Source: Synechococcales cyanobacterium VAR_4_metabat_354 (GTDB lineage Bacteria > Cyanobacteriota > Cyanobacteriia > Cyanobacteriales > Chamaesiphonaceae). From it: a DNA stretch of 64,000 nt. The stretch is from positions 283,738-347,737 of the forward strand of contig JANOQI010000016.1 of NCBI GenBank assembly GCA_031414775.1, given 5' to 3'. A program made the translations under genes and the position numbers. The notes beneath the pieces were generated by a model. That model saw only the letters and a list, made by a program, of their open reading frames with translations. It ran no database searches and was not told the DNA's origin. Of the stretch, positions 10,245 to 21,457 are shown one piece after another; within the stretch, counting starts at the first letter, position 1, and every line of letters starts with the position of its first letter.

Positions 10245-10448
10245 GTAATCTAAATCTGAGTTGGCAAATTTTAGTAGTTTGTCGCAGCTTGATCTTTAGT
10301 TTAAGGTCAAGCTGCTTTTTGCTAGCTGACCAACAGGATCATCATCATTTATGCCGCCGACCAAATCGACAAGGGACATTAGTGATAAATAGAGACAGAA
10401 CGCAACGAAGATATATAATTGGGCGGCAATCTTTGTGGAACGGAGTGA

Positions 10449-11243
10449 ATGCAAATAGCGACTTGGAATGTCAACTCGATCCGCACCCGGTTGACAATTG
10501 TCTGTAATTGGCTTCAGCAGCAGCCAGTAGATGTACTCTGTCTGCAAGAAACCAAAGTTACTGATGAACAATTTCCGCGATCAGCTTTTACCGATTTAGG
10601 CTACCAGGTCTATATTTCTGGTCAAAAATCTTATAACGGCGTGGCGCTGGTCAGTAAACAGCCTTTAACCAATGTCAGCGTGGGTTTTGCTGGAGGGCTA
10701 GGAGCTGATACTGTTGGCGACTTGGATGATCAGAAGCGAGTAATTACTGGTCAGATCGGCGATGTCACGATCGTGAATTTATATGTACCCAATGGCAGCG
10801 AGGTGAATAGCGAGAAATATCATTACAAATTGCAGTGGCTAGCTCTACTTCAGCAGTATTTAGCCGCCCAGTTAGACAAATCGCTTTGTGTCTGTGGTGA
10901 TTTTAATATTGCGATGAGTCCCCTCGATATTTACACCAAAAAGCCCGCTGCTCATATTATGGCTTCGCCCGCTGAGCGTGCTGCTCTCCAGGCCGCTGTC
11001 TTCGATCAAGGGTTGCAGGATGTGTTTCGGCATTTTACTAGTGAAACTGGGCATTTTAGCTGGTGGGACTACCGTCAACAAGGTTATCCCAAGAATCGCG
11101 GTTGGCGGATTGATCACATCTATCTCAGTCCTAATTTGATTGATCGGTCTACAGGCTGTACGATCGATAGAGCGCCAAGAGAATTAGAGCAACCCAGTGA
11201 CCATACTCCAGTAATTGTTGAGATCGAAAACATCCTCAATTAA
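10449..11243 (+). CDS. xth: Exodeoxyribonuclease III
   Basis: IATWNVNSIR, CLQETK, SYNGVA, NLYVPNG, GDFNIA, FSWWDYR, GWRIDH, SDHTPV. Confidence 0.96.
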   Translation: MQIATWNVNSIRTRLTIVCNWLQQQPVDVLCLQETKVTDEQFPRSAFTDLGYQVYISGQKSYNGVALVSKQPLTNVSVGFAGGLGADTVGDLDDQKRVITGQIGDVTIVNLYVPNGSEVNSEKYHYKLQWLALLQQYLAAQLDKSLCVCGDFNIAMSPLDIYTKKPAAHIMASPAERAALQAAVFDQGLQDVFRHFTSETGHFSWWDYRQQGYPKNRGWRIDHIYLSPNLIDRSTGCTIDRAPRELEQPSDHTPVIVEIENILN

Positions 11244-11248
11244 ACTCT

Positions 11249-13216
11249 ATGCAAATCCGTCTTAGTTGGACAGACCCAGTTACTGGGGAACAACGGGAAC
11301 CAAGTCTGAATACCCCGATCGCTCTAGGTCGAGAGTTTTCGCAGCTGCCAGCCGAAATTGAAGGTCGCCGGGTGTCGCGTATTCAACTCCAGGATGAGGG
11401 AATTTCTCGCTTTCATGCTTTACTAATCGAAGAAAATGGTCGGCTGGTGGCGATCGATCAAGATAGTAGCAATGGCCTGAGTATTAATGGCCAAAAGCAG
11501 TTGCGGGGTTATCTAAACAACGGCGATTGTCTCGGTCTGGATCGCTATCAAATTCTCGTCGGTCAAGTTGAACCGCCGACGAGCACTTCTAAAATTCTCT
11601 TCAACCCGATTACTAATGTCCCGGATCCGCACATCACCAATCCTGGCAATGTGAGTTCCGAACTGAGTTTTCGCCCCCAAATTTTTCAACGAGAGCAGGT
11701 CAGCATTGACGATCTTCATGCTACTGGTCTGAGTATTGAAATCGTGGACTATGCTGCTGTCGGTGGTGGCTTTGGTAGTTTTGCCTGGGTGGATTTGCTA
11801 CGGATTGCTGGCGTGCGAGCCGATCAAATTGTCGTCCTCAGCCCCGAAAAATCGGTGTATGGTCGTTATCATCAACTTTGCCGTCATGCCCACATCTCGG
11901 CTAAAGAACGCATTCGATCGGCTGCCGATGCTTGCCCAGATAATCCGTGGGGATTTCCTAGTTATGGGATGCGAGAAGCCGCTCAAAAACTGGCCCGGGG
12001 TCAGTTTAAACAGGGGTTACGGGTACTGTGGCAAATATTTACGGAGCCCCTGTTTGGCCAACAATACGGGCCCACCGACGAACAAATTTTAAAAGCAGTC
12101 GATCGAGAAGTTGCCCGCATTAGTTGGCAGACCATGCTGCGCTATGCATTAGTGCAATCGATTCGGAAAACTACCGACGGGCGCTATGCCCTATTGTTTA
12201 ATCAGGGTGATAGCTACGCTCTAGTGATTGCCCGCTATGTCCATTTAGCCACTGGTTACCCATCGATCGAGTTTTTGCCAGATTTGCAGCAATACCGGCA
12301 ACAGACCAAAGATTTTCAGTCGGTGGTCAATGCTTACGAAAATCACGACCACATTTACGACCACCTCAGCAATCGGGGGGGCAAAATATTACTGCGGGGG
12401 GCTGGTATGGTTGCGGGCCGTATCTTGCAGCATATCTACGCCGTGCGTCGTGCCCATCCCGAAAAAAATATTGATGTGATCCATTTGTGGCCAGCCGCCA
12501 AAACCCAGGGTCAGCAGTACGGAGCTGCCCAGCGACCCATCCATCTGGGTTATGAGATTCAAGCATTAGACTGGCCAAAATCTGCTTGGGGTGGTGCTTA
12601 CAAAATGACCTTAGCGGAGTCTACTAACGAGCAACAGGCTCAGCTACTCAGCATCTGGTCAGGGCCGACTATTCCCCAACACCAAGACTGGCATCGGATT
12701 CTCTCTGGCGGTATTAGCAAAGGTTGGTATCAACAAGTACTGGGTATGGTGCAAACAGTAGCTCGCCACCCCAACCAAAATGGTCTATTGGTGACTCTCC
12801 GAAATTCTTCCCCAGAAACGCCGAATCAAAAGGGGAATAATCAGCCCCAGTCATTGGTTGTGGATTACATCATCGATGCCACTGGCCAGCCGGGCACCGT
12901 CATGGATAGTGAATTACTGGCTGATTTAGTTCAGCACTATCATTTACCTTTGAACACGGGGGGAGCTTTTCCTAGCAATCCAGATTTTGAAATCTTGAGT
13001 ATGCGTAACCAAGAAACCGGTCGCATGTATGGAGCTGGATCGATTACGGCTGGCAATAGCTATGGACCTGTAGACAGTTTTTTGGGTCTTCAGTATGCTG
13101 CTCTGGCTTCGATCTGTAGTTTAACGGATGCCGATGCGATCGGACTCCAACAATTAAACTGGCTGAAATCTGGTAAACAATGGCTGAAATGGCTATTGAA
13201 CAAGTCTCCCCGTTAA
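11249..13216 (+). CDS. FHA domain fused to a FAD/NAD(P)-binding oxidoreductase-like region
   Basis: N-terminal FHA motifs LGR, ISRFHA, SSNG; then AVGGGFG, LATGY, RGAG, DYIIDATG. Confidence 0.75.
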   Translation: MQIRLSWTDPVTGEQREPSLNTPIALGREFSQLPAEIEGRRVSRIQLQDEGISRFHALLIEENGRLVAIDQDSSNGLSINGQKQLRGYLNNGDCLGLDRYQILVGQVEPPTSTSKILFNPITNVPDPHITNPGNVSSELSFRPQIFQREQVSIDDLHATGLSIEIVDYAAVGGGFGSFAWVDLLRIAGVRADQIVVLSPEKSVYGRYHQLCRHAHISAKERIRSAADACPDNPWGFPSYGMREAAQKLARGQFKQGLRVLWQIFTEPLFGQQYGPTDEQILKAVDREVARISWQTMLRYALVQSIRKTTDGRYALLFNQGDSYALVIARYVHLATGYPSIEFLPDLQQYRQQTKDFQSVVNAYENHDHIYDHLSNRGGKILLRGAGMVAGRILQHIYAVRRAHPEKNIDVIHLWPAAKTQGQQYGAAQRPIHLGYEIQALDWPKSAWGGAYKMTLAESTNEQQAQLLSIWSGPTIPQHQDWHRILSGGISKGWYQQVLGMVQTVARHPNQNGLLVTLRNSSPETPNQKGNNQPQSLVVDYIIDATGQPGTVMDSELLADLVQHYHLPLNTGGAFPSNPDFEILSMRNQETGRMYGAGSITAGNSYGPVDSFLGLQYAALASICSLTDADAIGLQQLNWLKSGKQWLKWLLNKSPR

Positions 13217-13226
13217 ATCCTGCAAT

Positions 13227-13556
13227 TTACATATTGGCAATCGCTGAGATCTTATTTAGCTTCACAATATCTAAACCGACCAAATCATCCATACTTAGCC
13301 AGCCATCATGCAAAAGTGTGGCAAATACAAAAACCAAAGCCGGTTCGCGATAATCATACTTGCCTTCAATTTCGTGGCGTTTAGAATTTAACCTGTCGTT
13401 CAGCCGCCAAATCTCATCTAGACCTTCGATCGACTTAGAATTCTGTTGAACCTCGGCAATGAGAGCGTTGGTTTCTCGACGATAAGCCAGTTCAAAAGCT
13501 GATTGCGCGACGGCGTGTTCGGCTGGGGACCACTGTTGTTCTGTTAATGACTGCAT
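13227..13556 (-). CDS. frp: Fluorescence recovery protein (FRP) homologue
   Basis: WSPAE...AF..AY.RE, W.L.D.L..KRHEIEGKYD, VFA.LL..G match the FRP family; 109 aa. Confidence 0.85.
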   Translation of the reverse strand: MQSLTEQQWSPAEHAVAQSAFELAYRRETNALIAEVQQNSKSIEGLDEIWRLNDRLNSKRHEIEGKYDYREPALVFVFATLLHDGWLSMDDLVGLDIVKLNKISAIANM

Positions 13557-13834
13557 TGATTTAGATTTTTAGAATTAGATTTTTAGAAGATGTGGGCGGT
13601 AATTTATTCTAACCCAGTCTCTGATAAGGGTTGGGAGTGCTGTTTTGCTGAAAAATGGGCGAACAGTAATTCCACAGTACTCATTAGACTTGATTAATTG
13701 TTTCATAAATTTAATAAATCTTAACATTCATTGAGACGTTGACACAAGCTGGTAGTTCAGATGATTCCATCAATCGTCAGGATGTATAATGCGGTTTTCC
13801 ATCTCCCAACTCTTCTTTCAGCTCTCATAAAAAT

Positions 13835-14650
13835 ATGAAAAGACGCGATTTACTATTAGCAGTTTCCGGCATTTCTACCGCCACCGTAATCGCAGGCATG
13901 GACTCCATGCTGGCTAGATCGATTGTGCCAACTAAAGGGCGAATGGTGGAGCTAGATACTGACTTAAGGGGTTACTATGTGGCACCGAAAACCACCAAAC
14001 CAGTACCGGCCATCTTAGTGATGATGGAAGCCTTCGGTCTCAATGACAACATCAAAGGCGTTTGCGACAGGCTGGCTCAGAATGGCTATACAGCTTTAGC
14101 ACCGGACTTCTATCACGGGTCTGTTTTTTCCTACAAGGATATGAAGGGGGCGATCGCCAAGCTCAAAAGTCTCAAGGATGAGGTGGTGATGGCTGAATTT
14201 GGCAAAGGATTAGAGTTTTTAAACAAACAAAAAGTAGTCAGTCGCAAGGGTGTCGGTGTGACTGGTTTTTGTATGGGTGGTCGCCTCACCTTTTTGGCCA
14301 ACGCCACCTATCCTCAACAGGTGAAGGCCGCTGTCTCGTTTTATGGTGGCGGCATCGCTGCTAAAGATGATCTAGCTGGACGGCAGAATTTGCTAGTTCA
14401 AGCCAAAAAAATGCAGGCTCCACTGATGCTGATGTACGGCAGCGAGGATTCTTATATCATGGCTGAAGAGCATGAGCGCATCGCCCTAGCCTTGTCTCAG
14501 GCCAAAAAACGCTATGCGATTAATGTGTTTCCAGGCGCTGGCCACGGCTTTATGAGCGATCGCCGCGATAGCTATAATCTAGCTGCTGCCACCGAAGCTT
14601 GGGAGATGACTATGGCCTTCTTCGATCGACACCTGGGGCGCAAGCGCTAA
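13835..14650 (+). CDS. Dienelactone hydrolase family protein with Tat-like signal
   Basis: MKRRDLL twin-arginine start; EAFG, GFCMGG, GHGF catalytic motifs. Confidence 0.9.
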   Translation: MKRRDLLLAVSGISTATVIAGMDSMLARSIVPTKGRMVELDTDLRGYYVAPKTTKPVPAILVMMEAFGLNDNIKGVCDRLAQNGYTALAPDFYHGSVFSYKDMKGAIAKLKSLKDEVVMAEFGKGLEFLNKQKVVSRKGVGVTGFCMGGRLTFLANATYPQQVKAAVSFYGGGIAAKDDLAGRQNLLVQAKKMQAPLMLMYGSEDSYIMAEEHERIALALSQAKKRYAINVFPGAGHGFMSDRRDSYNLAAATEAWEMTMAFFDRHLGRKR

Positions 14651-14712
14651 AATAGAGTTAGCCGCGAACAACCAGATTTCGCCAAATCTGTTATATTTAT
14701 CAAGCTCAAATT

Positions 14713-17700
14713 TTGGCCATGCCCTTACCCAATATGAATCAAGCTGACCGCCGTGGGAATTCGGATCGCCAGCTGGCTATTCCAGCTCATCAACAAACTT
14801 ATGCTGGTCAGAAATGGCTCGTTGAGGAGCGGGATGCTTGTGGGGTCGGATTCATTGCCTCACCAGCTGGTCAGCCGACTCATCGGTTGCTGGAGCAAAC
14901 CTTGACGGCCTTGACTTGCATGGAACATCGAGGGGGCTGTAGTGCCGATCGAGATTCCGGCGATGGGGCTGGGATTTTGACGGCGGTGCCTTGGCCATTG
15001 CTGCAAGCCTGGGGTCAATCTCAAAATCTAGACTTGAGCAAAACTGCCAATTTGGCCGTTGGAATGGTGTTTCTGCCCCAAGCTGATGATAGGTTGTCAG
15101 CAGTCAAAGAGGCGGTGGCTGAGGTGATCCGCCAGGAAAATTTACAACTACTGGGCTGGCGAGTGGTGCCGGTGAAACCAGAGGTTTTGGGGGAGCAAGC
15201 GCGCAGCAATCAACCTTATATCGAGCAAATGATTGTGGCGGGTGAATTGACTGGCGACGAGTGGGAGCGCCAGCTCTATTTGGTGCGCCGCAAGATTGTC
15301 AAAACACTGCAAGCGGCTGGCCGGGTGAAACCAGGGGATGATTTTTATATCTGTTCTCTATCTAGTCGCACGATTGTCTATAAGGGGATGGTGCGATCGG
15401 CTGTCCTTGGTCAGTTCTACTCAGATTTAACCAATCCGCTGTTTGTGAGTAACTTTGCGGTCTACCATCGGCGCTTTAGTACCAATACCATGCCCAAATG
15501 GCCGTTGGCGCAACCGATGCGGATGCTTGGTCACAATGGCGAAATCAACACCCTCTTAGGCAATATCAATTGGATGACTGCCCGGGAAAAAGATTTAGAT
15601 CATCCGGTTTGGAACGGGAGACTGAAAGAACTCCAGCCGATCTTGAATCTAGATAATAGCGACTCTGGTACCTTAGACAATGTTTTGGAGCTAATGGTCA
15701 GGTCGGGGCGTAGTCCGATCGAAGGCTTGATGATTATGGTGCCGGAAGCCTATCAGAATCAGCCAGATTTAGAACAATATCCAGAAATTACGGACTTTTA
15801 CAACTACTACAACGGCTTGCAAGAAGCCTGGGATGGCCCAGCGCTGTTGGCTTTTAGTGATGGTAAATTAGTTGGCGCTAGTCTTGATCGCAATGGCCTG
15901 CGACCAGCTCGCTACTGCATTACCAAAGATGGCTACATTGTGGTTGGCTCCGAAGCCGGGGTGGTAGATCTGCCGATTGAGAGCATTGCCGAGAAAGGCC
16001 GGTTAGGTCCGGGGCAATCGATTGTGGTGAACTTAGAAACGCATGAAGTACTGCACAACTGGGAAGTGAAGCAGCGCGTGGCTCAATCTTTACCCTACGG
16101 TGCCTGGCTGAACCAGCATGGCAAAACATTAGCCGTCCAACCTTTTGGCAGTGAGCGGCAAGTTGCTGCCGAGCTATTGATCCAGCAGCAGTCGGCTTTT
16201 GGCTACACCTCTGAAGATGTAGAAATGATCGTCAATGACATGGCCGAAAATGCTAAAGAACCGACTTTCTGTATGGGCGATGATACGCCCTTGGCGGTGC
16301 TGTCCAGTAAAGCCCACCCGCTCTATGACTATTTCAAACAGCGGTTTGCCCAAGTTACTAATCCGGCGATCGATCCGTTGCGCGAAAAGTTGGTGATGTC
16401 TTTAGAAATGGTGCTGGGCAAGAAAGGTAATCTGCTAGAAGCCAAGCCGGAATTCGCCAGTCAACTGCGCCTCCTGAGTCCGGTGCTGAATGAGGCCGAG
16501 CTAGAAGAAATTAAGGTGTCAACCTTGGGCACAGCCTTTTTATCGACAGTTTATCCAGTGGGTGAAGATTTGCGAACGGCTACTGACCAGCTTTGCGCGG
16601 CGGCGGTGGCCGCTGTCCAAGCTGGCCAGCAAATCATCGTGCTCAGTGATTGGACAGACAGTGGCTTAAATGATGAAACGACCTATCTACCGCCCTTACT
16701 AGCCGTTGGTGCCGTCCACCACCATCTCATTCAGCAGGGCTTGCGATCGCAAGTTTCGATTGTGGTGGATACGGCGCAGTGTTGGAGCACCCATCATTTT
16801 GCTTGTTTGATTGGCTATGGGGCTTCGGCAGTCTGTCCTTACCTGGCTTGGGAATCGGTTCGTAATTGGTGGCATTCTACTAAGGTACAGAATGCGATCG
16901 AACGCCAAGAAACTACCATCACGATTACTCAAGCCCAGGCTAACTATCGCAAGGCGGCGGAAGATGGCCTGTTGAAAGTGCTATCTAAGATGGGAATCTC
17001 TTTGCTGTCTTCCTATCACGGTGCTCAGATTTTTGAAGCGATCGGACTGGGTGGCGACCTCTTGGATTTGGCCTTTAAGGGCACTCCTTCCCGGATTGGT
17101 GGTTTGACCATCGCCGATTTAGCGCGGGAAACCCTGATTTTTCATCATCGGGCGTTCCCGACAGCAGCGAAAAAATTAGAGAACCTGGGTTTCTTTAACT
17201 ATCGTCCGAGTGGTGAATATCATATGAATAGTCCGCAGTTGGCCAAGGCACTACACAAAGCCGTAGATGCCTATCAGACTCAGGCGGGCTATGATCACTA
17301 TGAAACTTATAAACATCATCTGCGTGATCGACCACTGACCGCGCTGCGGGACTTGCTAGATTTCCAAGGCGATCAGCCATCGATCGAGCTGGCGGAAGTC
17401 GAATCTGTTCAGGACATCGTGAAGCGTTTTTGCACTGGCGGCATGTCTTTGGGCGCTTTATCGCGGGAAGCCCATGAGGTATTAGCAATCGCCATGAATC
17501 GGATTGGTGCCAAATCGAATAGTGGCGAAGGCGGTGAAGACCCGGTGCGCTACAAAGTGCTGGATGATGTCCAAGATGGCAAGTCGGCAATTCTGCCTCA
17601 CCTGAAAGGACTAAAGAATGGCGACACGGCACTGAGTGCCATTAAACAAATTGCCTCCGGTCGCTTTGGCGTTACGCCCGAATACTTGATGAGCGCCCGG

Positions 17701-19359
17701 CAGCTAGAAATTAAACTGGCTCAGGGAGCTAAACCGGGCGAAGGCGGTCAGTTGCCGGGCAAGAAAGTCAGCCCTTACATTGCGATGCTGCGCCGCTCGA
17801 AACCCGGGGTCACCTTGATTTCACCACCGCCCCACCACGATATTTATTCGATCGAGGATCTAGAGCAACTAATTTATGATTTGCACCAAATCAATCCTCA
17901 GGCGCGGGTCTCGGTGAAGCTAGTCTCGGAAGTGGGGATTGGCACTATTGCGGCGGGGGTGGCCAAAGCCAACGCCGATGTTATTCAGATCTCCGGCCAC
18001 GATGGTGGCACTGGCGCATCACCCCTGAGTTCGATCAAACATGCTGGTAGTCCTTGGGAATTGGGTCTCACCGAAGTCCATCGGGTATTGATGGAAAACA
18101 AACTGCGCGATCGAGTGTTGCTGCGGGTAGATGGTGGTCTCAAATCCGGCTGGGATGTGATTATTGCCGCTTTGATGGGCGCAGAAGAATATGGCTTTGG
18201 TTCGATCGCAATGATTGCTGAAGGTTGTATCATGGCGCGGATTTGTCATACTAACAGCTGTCCCGTCGGCGTAGCTTCCCAGCGCGAAGATTTACGCAAA
18301 CGCTTCCCTGGTATTCCTGAGCAAGTCGTGAACTTCTTCTACTTTATTGCCGAAGAAGTCCGCCAACTGCTGGCTAAATTGGGCTATCGATCGATCAATG
18401 AAATCGTGGGTAGAGCCGATTTATTACACTATAATTCTGAATCTCAATTGACCAAAGTTCAAGCACTGAATCTAGACTGCCTGACTAAACTACCCGATGC
18501 CAAGATCGATCGATCATTTTTAGTGCATGGTGACGTGCATTCTAATGGCGATGTGTTGGATGACCGGATATTAGCCAATGCGGAAATCCAGGCAGCGATT
18601 CAGAATCAGGGCGTGACCAGTCACACTTGGGAAATTGTCAACACTGATCGATCAGTGGGTACGAGAGTTTCGGGGGCGATTGCCAAAAAGTATGGTGACA
18701 GTGGCTTTGAAGGTCAGCTCACCCTCAACTTCAACGGTTCAGCTGGTCAGAGTTTCGGTGCTTTCAACCATGAGGGGGTTAGCCTGGTTTTGACTGGGGA
18801 GAGCAATGATTATGTAGGCAAAGGTATTAACGGTGGTGAGATTATCATTAAACCAGCTGCCGGGGTTGGTTACGATCGACAGCAGAATGTGATCATTGGT
18901 AATACCTGCTTGTATGGCGGTACTGGCGGCTTCTTGTTTGCCAACGGTATGGCTGGCGAGCGGTTTGCGGTGCGGAACTCGCGAACGACAGCCGTGGTGG
19001 AAGGTACTGGTGATCACTGTTGTGAGTATATGACGGGTGGGGTTGTAGTGGTGCTGGGGCAAGTGGGTCGCAATGTGGGAGCGGGGATGACGGGTGGTTT
19101 GAGCTATTTCTTGGATGAGGATAATAGCTTAACTGCCAAGATTAATCCGGAAAGTGTGAAGTGGCAACGGGTGACTAGTACTGAAGGAATTAATCAGTTG
19201 CGGCAGTTGATTGAGGCTCATGCGCAGAAGACGGGGAGTCCGAAGGCACAGGAGATTTTGGCGAATTTTGTAGTTTATCTGCCGCAGTTTTGGCAGTTGG
19301 TGCCGCCGTCGGAAGCGGATACTCCGGAGGCTAGTACTAAGGAGGCTGTGAGTGCTTAG
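14713..19359 (+). CDS. gltB: Glutamate synthase large subunit, ferredoxin-dependent type (GlsF)
   Basis: ERDACGVGF nucleophile, [20 protein letters not shown] motif, [15 protein letters not shown]e-S motif, GXGXG C-terminal domain; no gltD adjacent. Start codon uncertain. Confidence 0.96.
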   Translation: MAMPLPNMNQADRRGNSDRQLAIPAHQQTYAGQKWLVEERDACGVGFIASPAGQPTHRLLEQTLTALTCMEHRGGCSADRDSGDGAGILTAVPWPLLQAWGQSQNLDLSKTANLAVGMVFLPQADDRLSAVKEAVAEVIRQENLQLLGWRVVPVKPEVLGEQARSNQPYIEQMIVAGELTGDEWERQLYLVRRKIVKTLQAAGRVKPGDDFYICSLSSRTIVYKGMVRSAVLGQFYSDLTNPLFVSNFAVYHRRFSTNTMPKWPLAQPMRMLGHNGEINTLLGNINWMTAREKDLDHPVWNGRLKELQPILNLDNSDSGTLDNVLELMVRSGRSPIEGLMIMVPEAYQNQPDLEQYPEITDFYNYYNGLQEAWDGPALLAFSDGKLVGASLDRNGLRPARYCITKDGYIVVGSEAGVVDLPIESIAEKGRLGPGQSIVVNLETHEVLHNWEVKQRVAQSLPYGAWLNQHGKTLAVQPFGSERQVAAELLIQQQSAFGYTSEDVEMIVNDMAENAKEPTFCMGDDTPLAVLSSKAHPLYDYFKQRFAQVTNPAIDPLREKLVMSLEMVLGKKGNLLEAKPEFASQLRLLSPVLNEAELEEIKVSTLGTAFLSTVYPVGEDLRTATDQLCAAAVAAVQAGQQIIVLSDWTDSGLNDETTYLPPLLAVGAVHHHLIQQGLRSQVSIVVDTAQCWSTHHFACLIGYGASAVCPYLAWESVRNWWHSTKVQNAIERQETTITITQAQANYRKAAEDGLLKVLSKMGISLLSSYHGAQIFEAIGLGGDLLDLAFKGTPSRIGGLTIADLARETLIFHHRAFPTAAKKLENLGFFNYRPSGEYHMNSPQLAKALHKAVDAYQTQAGYDHYETYKHHLRDRPLTALRDLLDFQGDQPSIELAEVESVQDIVKRFCTGGMSLGALSREAHEVLAIAMNRIGAKSNSGEGGEDPVRYKVLDDVQDGKSAILPHLKGLKNGDTALSAIKQIASGRFGVTPEYLMSARQLEIKLAQGAKPGEGGQLPGKKVSPYIAMLRRSKPGVTLISPPPHHDIYSIEDLEQLIYDLHQINPQARVSVKLVSEVGIGTIAAGVAKANADVIQISGHDGGTGASPLSSIKHAGSPWELGLTEVHRVLMENKLRDRVLLRVDGGLKSGWDVIIAALMGAEEYGFGSIAMIAEGCIMARICHTNSCPVGVASQREDLRKRFPGIPEQVVNFFYFIAEEVRQLLAKLGYRSINEIVGRADLLHYNSESQLTKVQALNLDCLTKLPDAKIDRSFLVHGDVHSNGDVLDDRILANAEIQAAIQNQGVTSHTWEIVNTDRSVGTRVSGAIAKKYGDSGFEGQLTLNFNGSAGQSFGAFNHEGVSLVLTGESNDYVGKGINGGEIIIKPAAGVGYDRQQNVIIGNTCLYGGTGGFLFANGMAGERFAVRNSRTTAVVEGTGDHCCEYMTGGVVVVLGQVGRNVGAGMTGGLSYFLDEDNSLTAKINPESVKWQRVTSTEGINQLRQLIEAHAQKTGSPKAQEILANFVVYLPQFWQLVPPSEADTPEASTKEAVSA

Positions 19360-19383
19360 ATTTTAATATCATCAAGGCTATAA

Positions 19384-19409
19384 GGTAGAGTGGACTAGTT
19401 CACTTTACC
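19384..19409. repeat. REP-like imperfect palindrome at the left edge of the accessory island
   Basis: ggtagagtgga-ctag-ttcactttacc; its cactttacc arm recurs at 22149-22157. Confidence 0.45.
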
Positions 19410-19462
19410 GTTGTCTTGTTTGGGATTAAAGATTTGATCAAACATAGACAAATTCAACAGCC

Positions 19463-19807
19463 ATGGGGAAATTAAACCCGCAAACCACTGAAACGATTTG
19501 GGATCTGCAACGTCAACTCTTAGAAATTATCGATGCAGCTAAAACATTAGAACTATCTCTATTTGACTCTTTTGGAGAAACTGAGCGTAGCATAAGTTAC
19601 TTAGATGAACTCCAAAGTATTGCAGAACAAGCAACAGATCGGTTTTCGCGATTTTCCACCTTCCAAATCAGGATTGCGAATACCCAACCTCCAATATCAC
19701 CTGATATCATAGATTTAGTCGATCGAGTAATTGAAAGCACTCAGCAAAAAATCCCGGCTCTAGAGCGTAGTATCCAAGAAATTAGACAGGAATGGAGATT
19801 ATCATGA
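19463..19807 (+). CDS. Hypothetical helical protein (114 aa)
   Basis: Clean ORF, coupled to the next ORF by an ATGA overlap. Confidence 0.75.
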   Translation: MGKLNPQTTETIWDLQRQLLEIIDAAKTLELSLFDSFGETERSISYLDELQSIAEQATDRFSRFSTFQIRIANTQPPISPDIIDLVDRVIESTQQKIPALERSIQEIRQEWRLS

Positions 19808-20001
19808 ATGATGGCCAACGACCAATAATGCCAGATCTGGCTATGGACAGCCGATTAATCGGGAATCTACGCCGTGCTCGACTCGATTTTGCAGAAGTCG
19901 ATCTTCAACTGGAAGAGCTGGTGGCTAAGTGTGATGAAGTTATCCGTCAGCAAAAATTACAACGTATTCAGACAAAAAAAGCAAACGTAGCGATCGGTTA
20001 A
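19804..20001 (+). CDS. Hypothetical protein (65 aa)
   Basis: ATG 19804 overlaps the upstream TGA (ATGA); coiled-coil-like sequence. Confidence 0.7.
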   Translation: MNDGQRPIMPDLAMDSRLIGNLRRARLDFAEVDLQLEELVAKCDEVIRQQKLQRIQTKKANVAIG

Positions 20002-20037
20002 ATGTAAATGCCGTTTACACAGCGTTTACTTTTCCGC

Positions 20038-20155
20038 GCAGGCAATGCCCACAGGCAACAAACTGTATGAAAAATTTGGGGTACGCTGCTTGATCGACAT
20101 CTCTTTATCGATTTGAGTTACACTGAAAAATTAGTAGGCACGGCTCACCCTAATA
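20038..20155 (+). repeat. Composite REP-like repeat, copy A
   Basis: gcaggcaatgcccacagg ... core ggtacgctgcttgatcgacatctctttatcgatttgagttacactgaaaaattag ... gtaggcacggctcaccctaata; aligns by eye with copies B, C and D. Confidence 0.75.
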
Positions 20156-20210
20156 GAAATTAAAATTATTAATGTATGGGTTTAGTCCAAAACCACACTA
20201 AGAGGATTCA

Positions 20211-20940
20211 TTGTTCATAAATAATAGATGGCAATTCCTACTGAAAGGCATGTGCCCACCATTAGCAGTTCGTTCATGTCTAATGCAAAGTCCTTATTTG
20301 TGTATTTATGATTCCATAAATGATGATCTTGATTGCTCGACAAGTGACTATAGGTTTACAAGTATCTACTTTAATAACCAAGATGACTGCGAAAAAGTTT
20401 GGCAAATAGGTTATGAGCTAATTTCTCTTTTCAATGGTACATATTTGTTGTTAGATTCTGAATTTTGTAAAATTGAGATATGTGAGTTACTCAATGATGG
20501 AGTAGGGCAAAGAAACTGTAAGAATGAATTATTACCTGTTTTTTTAGAAAAGCCAGATGAACCCGTGGCCGATGAATTTCCGAAAGACAACATTAATATT
20601 CGTCTTAGGCTACTGAATAAAGCTATTGAAGATAAAGGCGTGTATTTGATATTAAGGTATTTCGATATGGAGCCAAATTGGAATACATATTATAAAATAC
20701 TTGAAACAGTTGAAAATCTATCAAGAGAAGAAAATGTCACTACACCTATCGATCAAGTAAGCAAGAACAAAATTTAGAAATACTGCCAATAACTATTCAT
20801 TGTCTGGTATTGATTCTCGTCATGGGATCAAGAAACATGAGAAGGAAAATCGAACGCCATCGATGGGAATCGCTGAAGCACACAAGTTCATTCGTGATGT
20901 GGCAAAAAAGTACATCCACAGAAAAATGTCTACCGGCTGA
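20211..20940 (+). pseudogene. Frameshifted low-GC hypothetical gene, possibly HEPN-like
   Basis: ORF stops at 20777, but the +1 frame continues KFRNTANNYSLSGIDSRHGIKKHEK...AHKFIRDVAKKYIHRKMSTG* to 20940, giving a WxxxYKIxE...FxNTAN...GxxSRH architecture. Confidence 0.65.
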
Positions 20941-20955
20941 CGGAGACGGTTTTTA

Positions 20956-21077
20956 GTACGTCACTGCTCACAGGCCAAGAGCCAGACTTATCAACAGAAT
21001 CCACGCTATTATCGATTATCTTAGGTACGTTGCTCGATCGATATCCCTTCATCGATAGAACTATACTAAAATATTGG
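20956..21077 (+). repeat. Composite REP-like repeat, copy B (right arm lost)
   Basis: gtacgtcactgctcacagg ... core ggtacgttgctcgatcgatatcccttcatcgatagaactatactaaaatattgg at 21024-21077. Confidence 0.75.
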
Positions 21078-21109
21078 CAAGATCCGTTTCCCAAAGTTCC
21101 CTTGTAAGA

Positions 21110-21457
21110 TTTAATCATTGTCCAGTCAGTGATTTCCAGCCCTGGAACCTTTCTAAAATCTCGTGAATTGCGGGTAACAACAATCGCTTTCCGAGACAGA
21201 GCAATTGCCGCTATCTTCAAATCTTGGGTGCCAACTCGAATTTTTTGTGCCTTTATTTCTTGATAGCAAGCCGCTGCTTTGTGGTCAAAATCTAAAACGT
21301 TAACAGTTTGAAAATATTCTACTGTACGATTCAAACTCAAATAAGCTGGAGTCAAATCATCGATCGATTTAGCTTTTCTGATTTTATTCAACCTGCCATA
21401 CATCTGCTCTTCTAAAGTGATGATAGTTACAGCAATGTCATTTGGCTCGATCGACAT
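21110..21457 (-). pseudogene. VapC/PIN toxin fragment lacking its N-terminus
   Basis: IAVTIITLEEQMYG, GTQDLKIAAIAL, VVTRNSRDF.KVPGL..DW are PIN motifs. The N-terminal LDT motif is absent; the frame reads on past the normal end to 20930. Confidence 0.8.

Noticed and set aside
15021..19062. Many short antisense ORFs in gltB (and likewise in asnS, RND, glgB, M16, rtcB)
   Set aside because: Shadow frames of well-supported long genes.
20930..21110. C-terminal extension of VapC as a real domain
   Set aside because: It is read-through across repeat copy B on the opposite strand after the normal PIN end (DW).
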